Shown: positions 1-13,012 of the stretch, in pieces
Position numbering within the stretch: position 1 is the stretch's first letter
Layout of the letters: every line of letters starts with the position of its first letter
Assembly (NCBI GenBank): GCA_001938485.1
Contig: MQRK01249570.1
Coordinates: 1-50,439, forward strand
Length of the DNA: 50,439 nt
Direction of reading: 5' to 3'
From: Girardia tigrina
Lineage: Eukaryota
The notes under the pieces: generated by a model
Seen by the model: only the letters and a program-made list of their open reading frames with translations
Database searches by the model: none
Told to the model about the DNA's origin: nothing
Translations under genes and position numbers: made by a program

Positions 1-17
1 TTCAAAACAAAAGCACC

Positions 18-110
18 AAATAGTAGGTGTAAACCAATATTGGGCGGCTTTTCAATTTTTTTTCCACCTACTATTAAAATAGTAGGTGTCCTACTATTTC
101 ATGTTATCCG
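18..110. repeat. Palindromic repeat cluster, likely a transposon end cut by the window edge
   Basis: AATAGTAGGTG at 18 and 78 and its inverse CACCTACTATT at 65 (hairpin 65-88), plus a partial copy at 91-99. Confidence 0.55.
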
Positions 111-1644
111 TTAATTAATTTTGATTTTCATCATACAGGTAATTATAAAACAGAATTTTAAAGAAAGTTACTTATATATAGAAATTAGTAATTAGAAAAT
201 CAATAAGTCATAAGTGCCAATTTAAAAACTCAATATAGTTTCAGAGAGAACTGTATGTTTATTTTAGGATTGTTAGTCACGTGACGTGACTCACGTCAAT
301 ATTATTAGGCATGAAAAGCGCCATTTTAATAATTTTTATTACAAAAAAATTAAAACAAAATTTCATTTTCCTTTTAATAATCAATTCTCCGATATTTTTT
401 TAACTAATCTTTTTCTTTTAAATTCAAATTAATCTTTTTAAAAATGAAAATTTAAAATAATATATTTAATTCAATTTTTTAGTTTAATCTTATTTAATCG
501 AAAATAATATTTACTTTTAAAATAAAAAAGCATTTATTCTACATTTTATAACCTGAAACATTAAAAACAATTAAATTTCAATTCAGGTAAAATATATTAT
601 TATCAATTAAATTATTTAAAATTAAAATTTAAAGTTTAAAATTATTATTTTTAAATATTATATACCTTTTAAAATAAAATTTATTTTAATTATATTACAA
701 AACTTAATTTTAAAATGTTGTTGAAAAAATTTTAAATGTTACCTTTTTTGAATTTTTAAATTATTTAAATTTTGTCAGCGGAATGAAAATTAACTAGTTA
801 ATTCGTAAAGATTCAGATATCCTATAAATTTTTCTGCATATGACCCTCTCCCAATAATTTATGAATTGAGCGCAAAGAATTTCATAATATCGACAATTTA
901 CATTTAAAATATTTTTTTAATGTTAATCTATATAAAACGTTTTAATGTAATAAATGTTCTTTTCTTTTGTCTATTCATTTTTTCTCACAGACATTCTTTT
1001 GTTCTCAAATAGTTGTATAAAAAAGAGTGGAAAATAAAGTTAAATATATTAGCATAAATATTTATTTATTATTTTTATTTTGCATTTTTTTCAGTTTATT
1101 TATGCTCAGATGTCGTTAAAATAGAGTGAAATAAAATTAATATACGTTACAAAAATATTTCCTAAACCAAAAAGAAATTCCATATGAGATTAATTAGAGA
1201 AAGGGAAATATTTCGAATTAATTAATAATATTAATGTTTCAATAATAAAGTCGTGTAATTCTACCATTTGAACTGTCAGATGATTTTTGCGCTGTAGGAA
1301 TTTATTATCAGATAAAGTCTTAAAAAAATCTCAGAAGAGACTTGAAGTCGGATCAAATTTTAAAATTGCGCGTGACGTTTTATTAGAGAAATTTAATATT
1401 ATTATATTTCCCTGAAAATAAATATATCATTTGGGAATGATCGAACATCGTACAATTTCGATTTGTTTATTCTTATATATTTAATTTATTGTCATATGTA
1501 AGTTCAAAACAACTATGTATAATTTCCTTCGACAAATTCTACAACATAACTAAAATTAACAAGAGAAAAGATTTCTTCAGTCTTTACAGATATCCGATTT
1601 CCGTACATTATGTTTGACAAATAATCCTTTTTTAAAGGTATTTC

Positions 1645-2180
1645 TATTAAGAGCACTAATACGATTTCCAATACTTTTATTGACATCACAGCTCGAATTG
1701 CCTCCAGGACAATTCTCTAAAAAACTTTCGTAGTTAGAAATCGTTCTTGATTAATAAATTTTAATTCTATTTCTAATCCTATAATTAAAATAATTTAAAA
1801 TTATTTTCAAAAATATTTTAAATTCATTTAAAATAATATTATTGATGATTAAATAAATCTTTACGTTATAATTCACTATTAAAATATTTCTAAACACTTT
1901 CAAATAGATTTCGAATATTTTAATTAAAATATTATTATATGTTTATTGAATAAAATATACTAAATTAATTTTAAAATTGTTATTTACAATTTTTTGTTAA
2001 TTAATTTTTTTAGTGAAACTAGTTCATTGGTGAAATAAAATCATTGGTAAAATTAATTCTGCACCCCTTCAAAACAATAAAAAATAAATCTTCAATCTGG
2101 GTGCGAGAAACACAATCCTAAAAACAACATACCAAAGACAACAGACAGTAAAAACCATTCGAATATATATATTTTGTATC
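1645..2180 (-). mobile_element. Solo-LTR-like element, family A (relative of C) copy 1
   Basis: Aligns in reverse to 24299-25094; shares the TATTAAGAnCA end and ATCTGGGTGnGAGAA box with family C; right boundary approximate. Confidence 0.65.
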
Positions 2181-2668
2181 ATTTTAAAGAGAGTAATATT
2201 AGAAAAAGCAGAAATAAATATTTTAAAAATTAAAAATTCTTATATTGTAGTTGCTATTCGCTACTGGCTGTGCATGTTTGAAAATGCTATTTAACTAGCA
2301 AAATTAAGTAAATTAAAAACAAAAATTAAAACTAATTCAAACTAAACTAAGAAAAATTTTTCGAGGACAGGCCGTTTCTCCTCCGAAAAAAACATTGATG
2401 TAATTTAATACCTCATAATTAAATAATTAAAAAAACTTTAATTATATTTTTTTATCAAATAAAAATTGAAACTGTTCAAATTTTGCCATTGTATATAAAT
2501 TTTTCGTCAATCGTTCAAAATTTCGTATTTCTAAATTCATATTTCTTCATTTTATATAAAGATTTTGTCTTTAAATATTAATTTTTTGTCACTTTTTTTC
2601 AAATTTTGTAATTCTAAATTTATATTTTTTTCATTTTATATAATGATTTCGTCCTTGAACATAACAAT

Positions 2669-2806
2669 CGGAAGAGGAACGTCGGATGAGAAACGATCGG
2701 AGGAGAAACGTCGGGAGGAGAAACGATCGGAGGAGAAACGACCGGAGAAAAAACGATCAGAGGAGAAATGTCGGAGAAGAAAATACCGGAGAAGTGATAC
2801 GTTCCC
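2669..2806. repeat. Tandem ~15-bp array (CGGAGGAGAAACGAT), ~8 units; probable subterminal repeats of a foldback/MULE-like transposon end
   Basis: Directly visible; one inverted unit at 2373-2386; array ends in ...GATACGTTCCC. Confidence 0.75.
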
Positions 2807-4689
2807 AATTTTGTTTATAAAAAAATTAAATATAAAATGATACAATTGAAAGACCAGAAAATTCAAAACATATAAACTAAAAAACCAATGAATTTTTGTT
2901 ATTTTTAATTTATTTGAAGCTTGTCTGTTGATGAAGAAAAGAACAAAGGTCGCTTTCTTTTTCTCTTTTAAAAGTTTTGTTTTTGATTTTGCTTTCCCCT
3001 AACAGCAATCTTTGTAAGCATAGTATATTCATCAAAAAATTTAAATAAAATTTTCCTAGTTTGTTGTAAATTATGTGTCACCTCATTCTCACAATTATGC
3101 TCTTGTGCATCAGTCACCTAACTTGAAACAATGGCAGTTGTTTCAGTGTCATATTCATTTTTCCTCATGTTTTTAACTATTAGCCTGTCATTTTTTACAA
3201 AATGTTAATCAATATTGGAGTGCGCTTCATCCTCTTCCATGGGATTAATTTAATATTTTTGTTGAATTACATTACATGGGCATTACATTACATTACATTA
3301 CATGGGCATTAAAAAAACGCCTAATTTTACCCTTTTTGCATCTGAAAATAGCATTCTCAAATAGACCAAGCCGCTTTGGCAAATTACACTTCGTCCACTT
3401 ATTTATGAATATCCTGTTATCATTTTACTCCTTCACAAACTGAATCTAATATCTTCAAGAACTTAAACACTGAGAGAATATATCTATAGTCTAATAGTTA
3501 AATGGTTTGGTAAACGAACTGTTTTACAGAAACGATAATTTGTTATTTAAAATGTAGAAATAGAAAAGGATATATCATTTATGAAATAATAATTATGATC
3601 ATTCATTTGGTTCAGTTCTTGCATGAATATAAATTTGTCAAAGCGTATATAGTACTGTTAAGTTATGTAAATAATATGTCATTTTATAAAATATTGTTTT
3701 ACTTTATTTGCTTATTTAACAATATATTTTTGGTTATATTTTGTCTTTTTTAGTAAATAATAAGAATTATTATTTACCCCAACGCGTGATAATTATTAAT
3801 ATTATATTATTATTTATATTAAAAAAGTAAATATTATTATTTATAAATAAGAAGGAAAGACAAGAGCAAGAAGATAACCTTAAAAAATTTAAAAAGAAAT
3901 AAGATTTAACTTTAAATCAAAGGCCAAATCTAGGCCAACAAGAAAATACAATTTAGAAAGACGTAGGTACGACACATACACGGATTAAAAGCGTATAAAA
4001 AGAAGACGCGCAAAAGTATGAGTGCACAAGCATAACATTTTGTTCAGATCAACTGAAAATTTGCTAGTGGAAAGAAAATTCTATCCCTAGAAGAAAGATT
4101 AATTATACCCTTTGGAATCGAAGGATATTGCCTGAGAAAAGAGAATTTCATGATTCAGAGGAGAAAATAAAATTGTTCCCGCGACATAGAATACAAGGTG
4201 AAAAAATATTATTTAAAATCTCTAATTTTATTTATATTTAATAAAGTAAATATTATTAAAATTCTTAATTTTTATCTATATAAATTTAAAACTTCTTTTA
4301 TTGTTGATTTTTATTGGGATAACCGTTTTACCTAAAACATTAAAGGCTCTGGACGAGAACCAGTCCTTTAACGTAACTGGGTATAAGTAATAGGATACAT
4401 ATACATTTTCTTCTAACCAATTTGTAATTATTGTAAAACGTTGTAAAAAAATTGTAATTGTTGTAAACGATATAAAATATTATCTTACTAAACAATTGTT
4501 GACTTTTGATTTGAATTGAGTTAAATTAAGATTTTATTTAAAATCATATAGTGATATAAATAAAGTCTTTTTGATGAATATCGACAGAGGGTTGTAGAAG
4601 AAGAATTTATTCAGCCCCAGATAATTTCAACAGTACAAATGAAGTCTTTCATAAGTTATAATTTCGGACTATACGTGTTGTTTCCATTG

Positions 4690-4860
4690 ACGCAGCAGAA
4701 TTAAGCCGAACATTTTAATCATAAAAAATGACGGTTATGATTTTGTTATACAACTTAGTTCTTTAACTAAGAAACATTTTTACCTTCAATTTATTTGAAG
4801 CCTGTAATACATCAATTATCGGTGGTCAAGCCCACAATGTTTAACTTGCATGATTGAAGC
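4690..4860 (-). mobile_element. Possible ancient hAT transposase remnant
   Basis: LNIVGLTTDN followed ~40 codons later by KCSA* (TDN...CxxH-like spacing); many stops. Confidence 0.3.
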
Positions 4861-6062
4861 ATTGGACATTTCACTCATACTTTTTTACTTTTTTCTACGT
4901 TTTCGCTAATTATTAAACTGTAAACACAAAATATTACATAATTTATTTTTATATTGATTCACCTAAGTCTTTTGTATTATAATTCTTTTTACTTAGAAAA
5001 TTTCCAAAGCACATGTATGCTCATAACAATAAATATTTAACCTAAAATATCTGTGACGATATTATGATGAAATTGCGAAAATATTATAAAAAATAATTTA
5101 TTGTATATTTGTTTTAGTCTTCAGATATTTGTATTTGAATTCAATAAAGTATATTCTTGTTGCCGTTTTATTTATCTTTATATAACAGTTCAGGAACCAT
5201 CGTCAAATTGTAACCCTAAAGTACTTGGAGGAATTATAATTTTTACATATAAAATGTTTTTTCCACAAAATAATTTATGACTAGAAAAAAAGAAAAAATT
5301 ATCGTAATGATAAATGAGTTAATTCTTCTTTTTTTGATGAAATTCAGTAATTTAAATTTCAATTTGTCAAATTTAATTATTAATAACAAAATATATTAAG
5401 TTAATATTTCAAATAAATTTCAAAAATAAATTTAATTTAACATTTTAGAAGAAAAACTTCACAATGCGACTAAATATTTTATAAAATAAACAACTTTTTT
5501 TTAATTTCATTCGAACGTAAAGTTTAATGATTTTTTTTCTAATTTTATTTAATAATTTAAATAAATAACACATTGGAACTAATTAGTTAATAAAAATGAT
5601 CAAATGTTTATGATTAACATGTAGGACGAATTAAAATAATGCAAATAATCGATAGCAAGAGCCGTAGTTATAATCGAAATTCCGTTTTCTTGGTCCATTT
5701 CTATTCGAATTATTCATCAATGTAAGGTGACTTTCAAATGTTGAATTTCAAATTGAATTTCAAAGAAAATGTCTCAATCCTACAAAACGATTTTGAATAG
5801 AAATTTCTTTACTTCTTACGACAATCAAACCTGAAAAGTTTTTTTTTAAAAAAAACTCCGTCACAATGGACTCAGACAAAACAAAAAATGACAAGAAAAT
5901 GTTCATAAAAATTATTTCATAGGGCAACACACAAAAAATGTTACCATTTATTTACATCAATCGATCATAAAATTCTTGTCATAAATTTAACAAAAAACGA
6001 AATAAAAAAAAGATGGCTCTAATAATATTGTCCACGAAATCAGTCAATAATTATTTCTGATA

Positions 6063-6200
6063 CAGTGAAAGCCGCTTAATAGGACCAACCGCTTAATAGA
6101 ACCAAATTCTGTGGTACCGAATCATTTCCTATGTTTCGAATATTAAAGCAGCCGCTTAATAGGACCAGTAAAAGTCGGTTAATTGGACCACTCATGAAAT
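6063..6200 (+). mobile_element. pogo/Tigger-like transposon end
   Basis: TA + CAGTGAAAG followed by 3-4 copies of CCGCTTAATAGGACCA (6072, 6089, 6152, 6176); other end not found. Confidence 0.6.
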
Positions 6201-7117
6201 TGTTTGACCCTTCAAACAACATGAAAGTCATGAAAAACGTGTTTTTAGCGTAGGTGATACACCCACCCCAATCAATATACACATACACACGTAACAAAGA
6301 AGCAGGTCTTGACTGAATTTGTATTTACTGTATTTGTTCTTATCTCTTTAGCTGCAGAGAGCACCTGCTACATTTGTAGCACACACACAGGACACAGTAA
6401 GAGGAAAAGTGTACTGCAAGCAAACGTACAGTTAGTGGCGGTAGCCCCATACACTTACCATCCCAGGTACGCATGTGTGTGTGTCGCCTAACTCGACATC
6501 AATCTTGCTAGAGCACTATGGAGAGGGTTGCAGACTGGCTGCTGACGAGAGCTGCAGCAAGCTCACACCTTCTTATGAAATCGTCACCACCAACTTCTCT
6601 CTTGTAGAAACTCGAAAAGAAACAAAATCAAGCAACCAATCAAAGCTGCACACATAACGAATCACGTGACTCAGTTAATCAATTTCTAAACGAGTTTACT
6701 GAGCTAAACTCAGTATTTTTCTAATATGTTTTTTTTTATTTTATTTAAAAGCTTAATTCTTTCTTTTACTTTATTTAATGATATTGTTTATTTAAATCAG
6801 TCTTTTTATTTTACCACGTTTTACTTAACTTGCTTTGGGTTCTGTCTGTCTTTCTGTTTGTTTGTGATGTTTCACTTTTCACACGCTTTTTTAGACCACT
6901 TCCACTCATCCGATCGTTCTGAAATTTTTTATGTAGGCTTCTTCTGCCTGACATTTTGAGATTTTAGCATCTCTGCATTTCAAAAATGCTCTAATAATTT
7001 CAAATTAATTAATTTTAATTTTATATGGACTAAATTAAAATATAAAATTTATAAATTATAAAATTAAATCTTGGTATACTACTTATAATAATAAGTAGTA
7101 TAATAATACTAAGTAGT

Positions 7118-7215
7118 NNNNNNNNNNNNNNNNNNNNNNNNNNNNNNNNNNNNNNNNNNNNNNNNNNNNNNNNNNNNNNNNNNNNNNNNNNNNNNNNNNN
7201 NNNNNNNNNNNNNNN
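7118..7215. other. Assembly gap (others at 16680-16729, 36439-36488, 37493-37674)
   Basis: N runs. Confidence 1.
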
Positions 7216-7217
7216 GA

Positions 7218-7355
7218 GAAATTTTATACCTAACCAAAAACGTGGGGCATAGAAATAATCGATTGTTACTAAAAAGCAGTAAAGAGGAAATAGCAGTTAC
7301 TAATAGCAGTAATTCAGAAATCTGCCCCACGTTTATGGGTTAGGTATAAAATTTC
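7218..7355. repeat. 138-bp foldback / tiny MITE with 32-33 bp arms
   Basis: GAAATTTTATACCTAACCAAAAACGTGGGGCA (7218-49) is the near-perfect reverse complement of 7323-7355. Confidence 0.8.
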
Positions 7356-7599
7356 GCATATGTCTAGAAAAAAATTATTTTCCTCTTTTTAGTCCATATG
7401 AAAACGTGGTTTTTAAAACTTTTTTTATTTATTATTATTTTTTTAAACATTTAATTACATATTTACATTTATAAAAAAAGGAAAGCGAAACAAAAAGCAA
7501 ATAAATTATCATAGACTGTCATTCGAATTATTTCGGTTTTTTTCGAGACAGGAGAGAGAGGTGAAGGAGTCAATAGATATAAATTATGACAAGGATAAT

Positions 7600-8150
7600 G
7601 TATATAATGATAATAGCCATTTGAATCCAAACAATGACAAGAAGCCTATCTTCATCATACTTAAGAATTACTTTATCATGTCTTTGCTCTTCTTCCAGTC
7701 GTTTGTCTCATAATTTACTGATGAAACAAATCAGTTGAAATCTATAAACATTACTCGTAATTGAATCACTAGCACATGTAACCACATTATGGTTAAACCA
7801 GATACACGATAGAAGCTTCAAAAGATATTTCGCTTAAGCATTGATGATTAGATCTATAGCAATTATTGATCTCTCACATCGTAATACTTTTTTTCTTGAG
7901 CTTAAAATGGAATATCCCTTCTTAAAACACTGTCCCAATCTCATGTAAAAATCCATTTTTTGTTGTCTTTCAATACAAAACATAATCATATAGAATGACT
8001 TCTAGCGTAACTTTTAATGGTTATGCAAATATATTTTGAGTTTGACTTGTATCTCAATTAAGTAACGTCTCTAATTCCTTGCCTTCAAATTGTTTTGGAA
8101 TGTTCAACGATAAAATTAACATTTTATGTGACGAAACTTTTTTCTACATT
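7600..8150 (-). mobile_element. Ancient mariner remnant, Mos1/mauritiana-like
   Basis: Fragments PKQFEGKELETLLN*DTSQTQ and VYRFQLI...KRLEEEQRHDKVILKYD resemble Mos1-type transposase segments; boundaries approximate. Confidence 0.6.
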
Positions 8151-9344
8151 GTTTATCAATTAAACTATTATTATCATAAAATTCTGGAATCAAACTACAA
8201 TAATTGAATATTACATGTAAAACCACCAAAATCGGCTTACAATCAGAACATTGTTTTGAAACCTGACCTAACTAATTTATAATCTTACTAAATTCAAATA
8301 AGAGTTTATTTTTATGATTAATATTTTTGATATCACTAATTTTAATACATATTGGATGTACAGAAAATTTTTTTAAATGCGTTGTTTTATAAAAATCTTC
8401 CTGACGTTTTCATCTACAAGGTGCCTAGTAGAAAACCAAAGGATTTTAGGAAACCAAAGAGTATTTAATTAAAGACGTGTTAAATGCGAACAATTATATT
8501 TTCATAAATAGGCTTGCTGTCCAGAGATGTTCAAAATGTTCTTCTTCATGCCCTTCTAAAGTATAGTAATTCAAAAGACCTTTTAATTTTAGAAAAATCT
8601 TAAATATATTTTTATTTGAATGTTTTTTATCAAAAATAAAAATTTAATATTATAAAAAAAAATAATTTGACATCTTTCTTTTTTCATTTTTAAAAGTTTT
8701 TTAAAAAAATAAAACTGATTGATTATATAATTTATATATAAACTGTATGTATGAAACAGTCAAAACTTTCAAAATTTCTTTTCTAAATTTTAATAAATCC
8801 TTTTATTATCAAAGAATAATCCACAGACTTACTCCAAAAAGAAAATGGAAAATTCTTTAATGTTCTGAATTCTAATTAAAAAAAAGATATTCTTTTTCTT
8901 TATAACGCATGATAAGTTTTTAATTGGAACTCATTAAAAAGATTTTTTGTCGAAAAAAATGATTAAGAATAAACCCATATAAATAATACAAAGTATTTTG
9001 AAAAATTTTATAAAATTCTTTGTCATACAAAAATCCTGTTGTCTGAAAAGTAAAAAAGAATTTGAGTTAATTCAGTTTTTATTTTTTTTCTTCATTAAAT
9101 AATGAAAAAGAAAAGTGTATTCGGTCGTTTCAAACTTTAAAAATTTGTTCTTATATCAAGAAAAAAAATCTTGGAAAATGTTTAAACTTATAATAAATGT
9201 TATATTTATACCACCCTTATTTTAATTCGCTAAGTTTACCTGCTTGACACAAATCTTTTAGCAGTCATTTCTAAGATTTTTAATTATTGGATAGAGCTGA
9301 AATTTTACAAATTTATTCATTCCTAACTATATGGTAATAATTTA

Positions 9345-9829
9345 TATTAAGATCATTTAGACAAGTCTCGTTTGAATTTTTGTTGCAATCACATTTAGAG
9401 TCATACTACTCTTAGAAGGTCTTTCATCGTTTGTCATCATTCTAATTGGTTTTCTTATTTCTATTTTTAATCATGATTATTCGAACAACTTTTCTAAGTC
9501 ATTTTTTAAAATATTAAACTTCTAACAAATATTAATTAAAATTAATAATTTTAACCATTTTTCAATAAAACTCAAAACAATAAAAACTTTATAAAATTAT
9601 TAAAAATTTTACAAAAAATATTAAACTTAATTTTAATTGTTAAATTAAAAATATGAACTTATAAAATGATTATTTTAATTATGTTCGAATAGTCAATCAC
9701 TTTAAATTTAATAAAAAAATACCAATTTCCATCTGGGTGGGAGAATCACCATTCTAAATTCAACATACTTAAATCAACACACAGCATCACTACATTTACA
9801 CATTCAAACAACTTAAAATATTCCTCACA
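9345..9829 (-). mobile_element. Solo-LTR-like element, family C copy 1
   Basis: Termini TGTGAGGAATATTT...GATCTTAATA; TSD ATTTA; aligns along its length to the other two copies. Confidence 0.8.
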
Positions 9830-10050
9830 ATTTATAAAAATTCACCAATTTATGGATTAATTAATAAAAAATTATTTGATTATGGAAAATGATTTTTTTG
9901 AGTTTTGATTATTTTGGAAATTCGGAACATTGTTGTCAGTGACTTGAATAATTTTTACGAATGGAATTTGGTAGCGAGAATCGTAATTGAAATTATTGAT
10001 TGTAAAGAAATTTAACGTGAAGGTGGTTAGACGAATTTTCTTGAGAAATT

Positions 10051-10137
10051 TCAAACGAAAATACAAATGGAAATTGTCGACAGATGATATACTAAACGAG
10101 CATATGATGAATTGTATATTTTGGAACTGTTTTTTAA
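10051..10137 (-). CDS. Possible terminal coding exon (LKNSSKIYNSSYARLVYHLSTISICIFV*)
   Basis: Strong acceptor atttttcag| at 10137; phase 0 gives 28 aa then TGA. A longer phase-1 frame to 9872 would need an unseen intermediate exon. Confidence 0.4.
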   Translation of the reverse strand, partial: LKNSSKIYNSSYARLVYHLSTISICIFV

Positions 10138-10199
10138 CTGAAAAATATTGAATTCTTAAAAATAAGATTTATAATGTATAAAAGAATTATTAGAAATGT

Positions 10200-10465
10200 G
10201 AGCGATCTAAATTTTTAATCGATCTTTGATTGAAAGGCATTTGTAAAATTGTTGTTTACGTTCAAGACATCGAAATTTTCTTAGTCTCATACATTTTAAT
10301 TTTAAACATCTGTCTGATGACACCGGAATCTCGTTCGGCAGTCGTTGTGAGATTGTCTATGTTCAATTAAAATTTAAAATTCAACCACAGTGAGAATAGA
10401 TTTTCTGTAATTAATCCATGACCTAGTAACCTCCCACCAGCGCGTAATTGTGTCATTCTGTCACT
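10200..10465 (+). repeat. Dispersed repeat B copy 1
   Basis: Reverse-complement similarity to ~20860-21180 (AAACATCTGT, TCGTTCGGCAG and AGAATAGATTTTCTGT blocks). Confidence 0.7.
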
Positions 10466-11333
10466 ATATATAAATATATGTAATTTATAATTATAATACT
10501 AATTTTATTTTTATAATAATAATAAGAAAAATAATTATTTTTCACAAAATATACTTCATGAAGAATGTCTAGATATTTTGAAAGCTTATATGTAGCATTA
10601 TATAAATCATTATTTTCCTTTTTATTTATTTTTCGACAAACAAAATAAATAAGAATATAAAAGGAAACATAAACTATTGTCGTCGTTACTCAATGACAAG
10701 CTTGATTTATTAATGAAATATAAAATCAATAAATCATTATTTTTATTATTGGACTTTTAAAATTTTTAACTTTTAATTTAGAATCCATTATTTTTTTTAA
10801 ATTATTAAGTTTAAAATTATTAAAAAGAAAAATAATATTTCTAAATAATTAAATAATAAATTACAATATATCAAAATACTTAAGAATTTCTTTTTAAACT
10901 TGTTTATGCAGAAGTTGACCAAGCTGTATGGTTTATTTTTATTTATTTATATTTTTTTAAAAAATTTGTTTTGTTTTTTAAATAATAATTACATTTCGGA
11001 ATTTATTCTAAAAATTTTTTTCATGGAAATTTGTAAATTTTTTCACTGATTCAGAAATGTAAAAGGAAACGAATAAAAAATCTTTCTGTCAATTAAATTA
11101 AAAAGACAGATTTCCACGATCGGGAAAAAAAGTCTTCTGATCCTAAAATTCAAAATTTATTTTTTGTACATTTCGAATAAAATTGGTACTGATGAATAAA
11201 TTAATAAGTTTTGGCTTTTAATATCTATTTTAATTAATATTTACAAACTACATATGATGAAATTATTATAGTGAAAATATTATAATTATTTTATTATTTT
11301 AAAACTTTTTTTCATTATTGACTTTGTTAGTTC

Positions 11334-11619
11334 TGTCGCTATAATCAATAATTAAATAATTCAACGATATTACAATTTGTATTTCAAAACACACAACCCC
11401 GTCCATTTATAGTTATTGTATCACAATACTATTACACGACTTCTGAAGCTTTCCAATTGGTGAATTCACACGCGTACTCAACATACACATTAACAAATTC
11501 ACATGCATGCTCAACATATACATCACACACTACAACTCTCATCATACTCTCAGTAATTATCTCATAGGTTAATTATGTCATAGATCTCTTCATCATCTTA
11601 CTCTTCGCACACATCAACA
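11334..11619 (-). mobile_element. Candidate short solo LTR
   Basis: TGT...ACA termini; flanks GTTC/TTTC (one mismatch); TATAAAT on the - strand at ~11404-10; internal ~29-bp direct repeat (11463, 11496). Confidence 0.4.
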
Positions 11620-12441
11620 TTTCCTAACTCACAGACTTTTTTTATTTAATCTCAAATATTTAATTTCAAATTTAAGTATCCAATGTTTTTTAAAACGAAT
11701 TTTTCCCAAATTATAAGTAAGCAAGTAAAAGATAATTATTTATAATATTTAACTTAAATAATACACGAGCCAGCTAAATCCGAAATTAGTGATACTTTTC
11801 ATTAAAATTATAATATTATTAATTTAAATAAAAAGTACTTAGTTAATAGCATGGACTTTGATAACGCTTTAAGCAGAGGTAATCCCATTTATAAGCAATA
11901 TTTTTATTAAAAAGAGACTATCAATTCTAAAAACTGTATCGCAAGAGTAAGTAGACTTCAACGATGACTATCTGGAGTTCATTTTTATTGTTGGCCATTA
12001 ATTATTAAATTAATTATTATTAAACCATGTAGCAAACATAAAATTTAAGAGAACAATGATATGAGATATTGATTATATCGTTTATTTTTGCATTCTTGCA
12101 CTTTGAAAAATAGGATATGATGAAAAGACTGTAAAAGTTAACATTTTTTATGATCGACACTGCGACTTTATAGTCCTTGGCCAACTTTCTCACTGGCTTA
12201 CTTACTTTTGTCTCTTGTGGAATCGCACATCTTATTTGTTTTTGGGCTCAACAGAAAAACAATTGAGGTCATATTGATTTTTAAGAAATATGGATATTTA
12301 GACTTTAAATATACATGTAGATATATTTCTAAGTATTGATTTTAAATTTGTTTTGGTTTTTTTATTTAATCAAGTAAAATCACGTTGAGATTTAATTTAA
12401 TCATTCATCTTTTTCTATTCTTTTTATTAGCTTACTTTCTA

Positions 12442-13012
12442 TTGGGTTGGCCAAAAAGTCATTGCATTTTTGAGTACGTCCTAATAAAAAGCTTGAAAAT
12501 ATAAAACGATGTGATAAAATTTAAATTTAATTATATATTCTGAAACCTTAATTTTCAGACTATGTTTATACAAAATATTAATTGATTTTGTTTTAATTTA
12601 TTACTTTACCGTCAATTCGAAATGGAAAATCAAAATGAGAATATTCGTCATGTTTTGTTGTATTATTTTCGCAAAGGGAAAACTGATGTGTAAGCTCATG
12701 AGAAGATATGTTTTGTATATGGTAGTGGTGACTCATTAAAACTTCGACAGTGTCAATACTGGTTTTCTAAATTTCGTTCTGAAAAATTTCATCTGAAAGA
12801 TGCACCATGCATCGGTCGACTATTTGAAGTTGATGGCGACAAAATAACAGCACTGATCAAATCTAATCCACATATGACGACAAGAGAAGTTGCAGAGACT
12901 CTGGAAATATCGAAATCAAGTGTTGGAAGTCATTTAAAGAAACTTGGATTTGTCAGTAAACTCGGTAAATGGATTGTTTACAACAATGTGGAACGCCGAC
13001 GATCATGGACAA
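12442..13012 (+). mobile_element. Mariner 5' half (family M1), internally deleted and truncated
   Basis: TA + TIR TTGGGTTGGCCAAAAAGTCATTGC; MENQNENIRHVLLYYFRKGK from 12622 with an in-frame stop; nearly identical to the reverse complement of ~22440-23003. Confidence 0.95.

Larger units (their letters stand above)
6810..7420 (+). mobile_element. Helentron-associated (DINE-1-like) non-autonomous element spanning an N gap
   Basis: Subterminal inverted repeat ACCACGTTTT (6813-22) / AAAACGTGGT (7401-10); TCTG/TTTG microsatellite at ~6841-6865; CCGATCGTTCTGAAATTT core. Confidence 0.5.

Noticed and set aside
2565-2866. Overlapping ORFs / CRISPR-like array
   Set aside because: The units are contiguous with no unique spacers and the context is eukaryotic; the ORFs are by-products of a 15-bp period.
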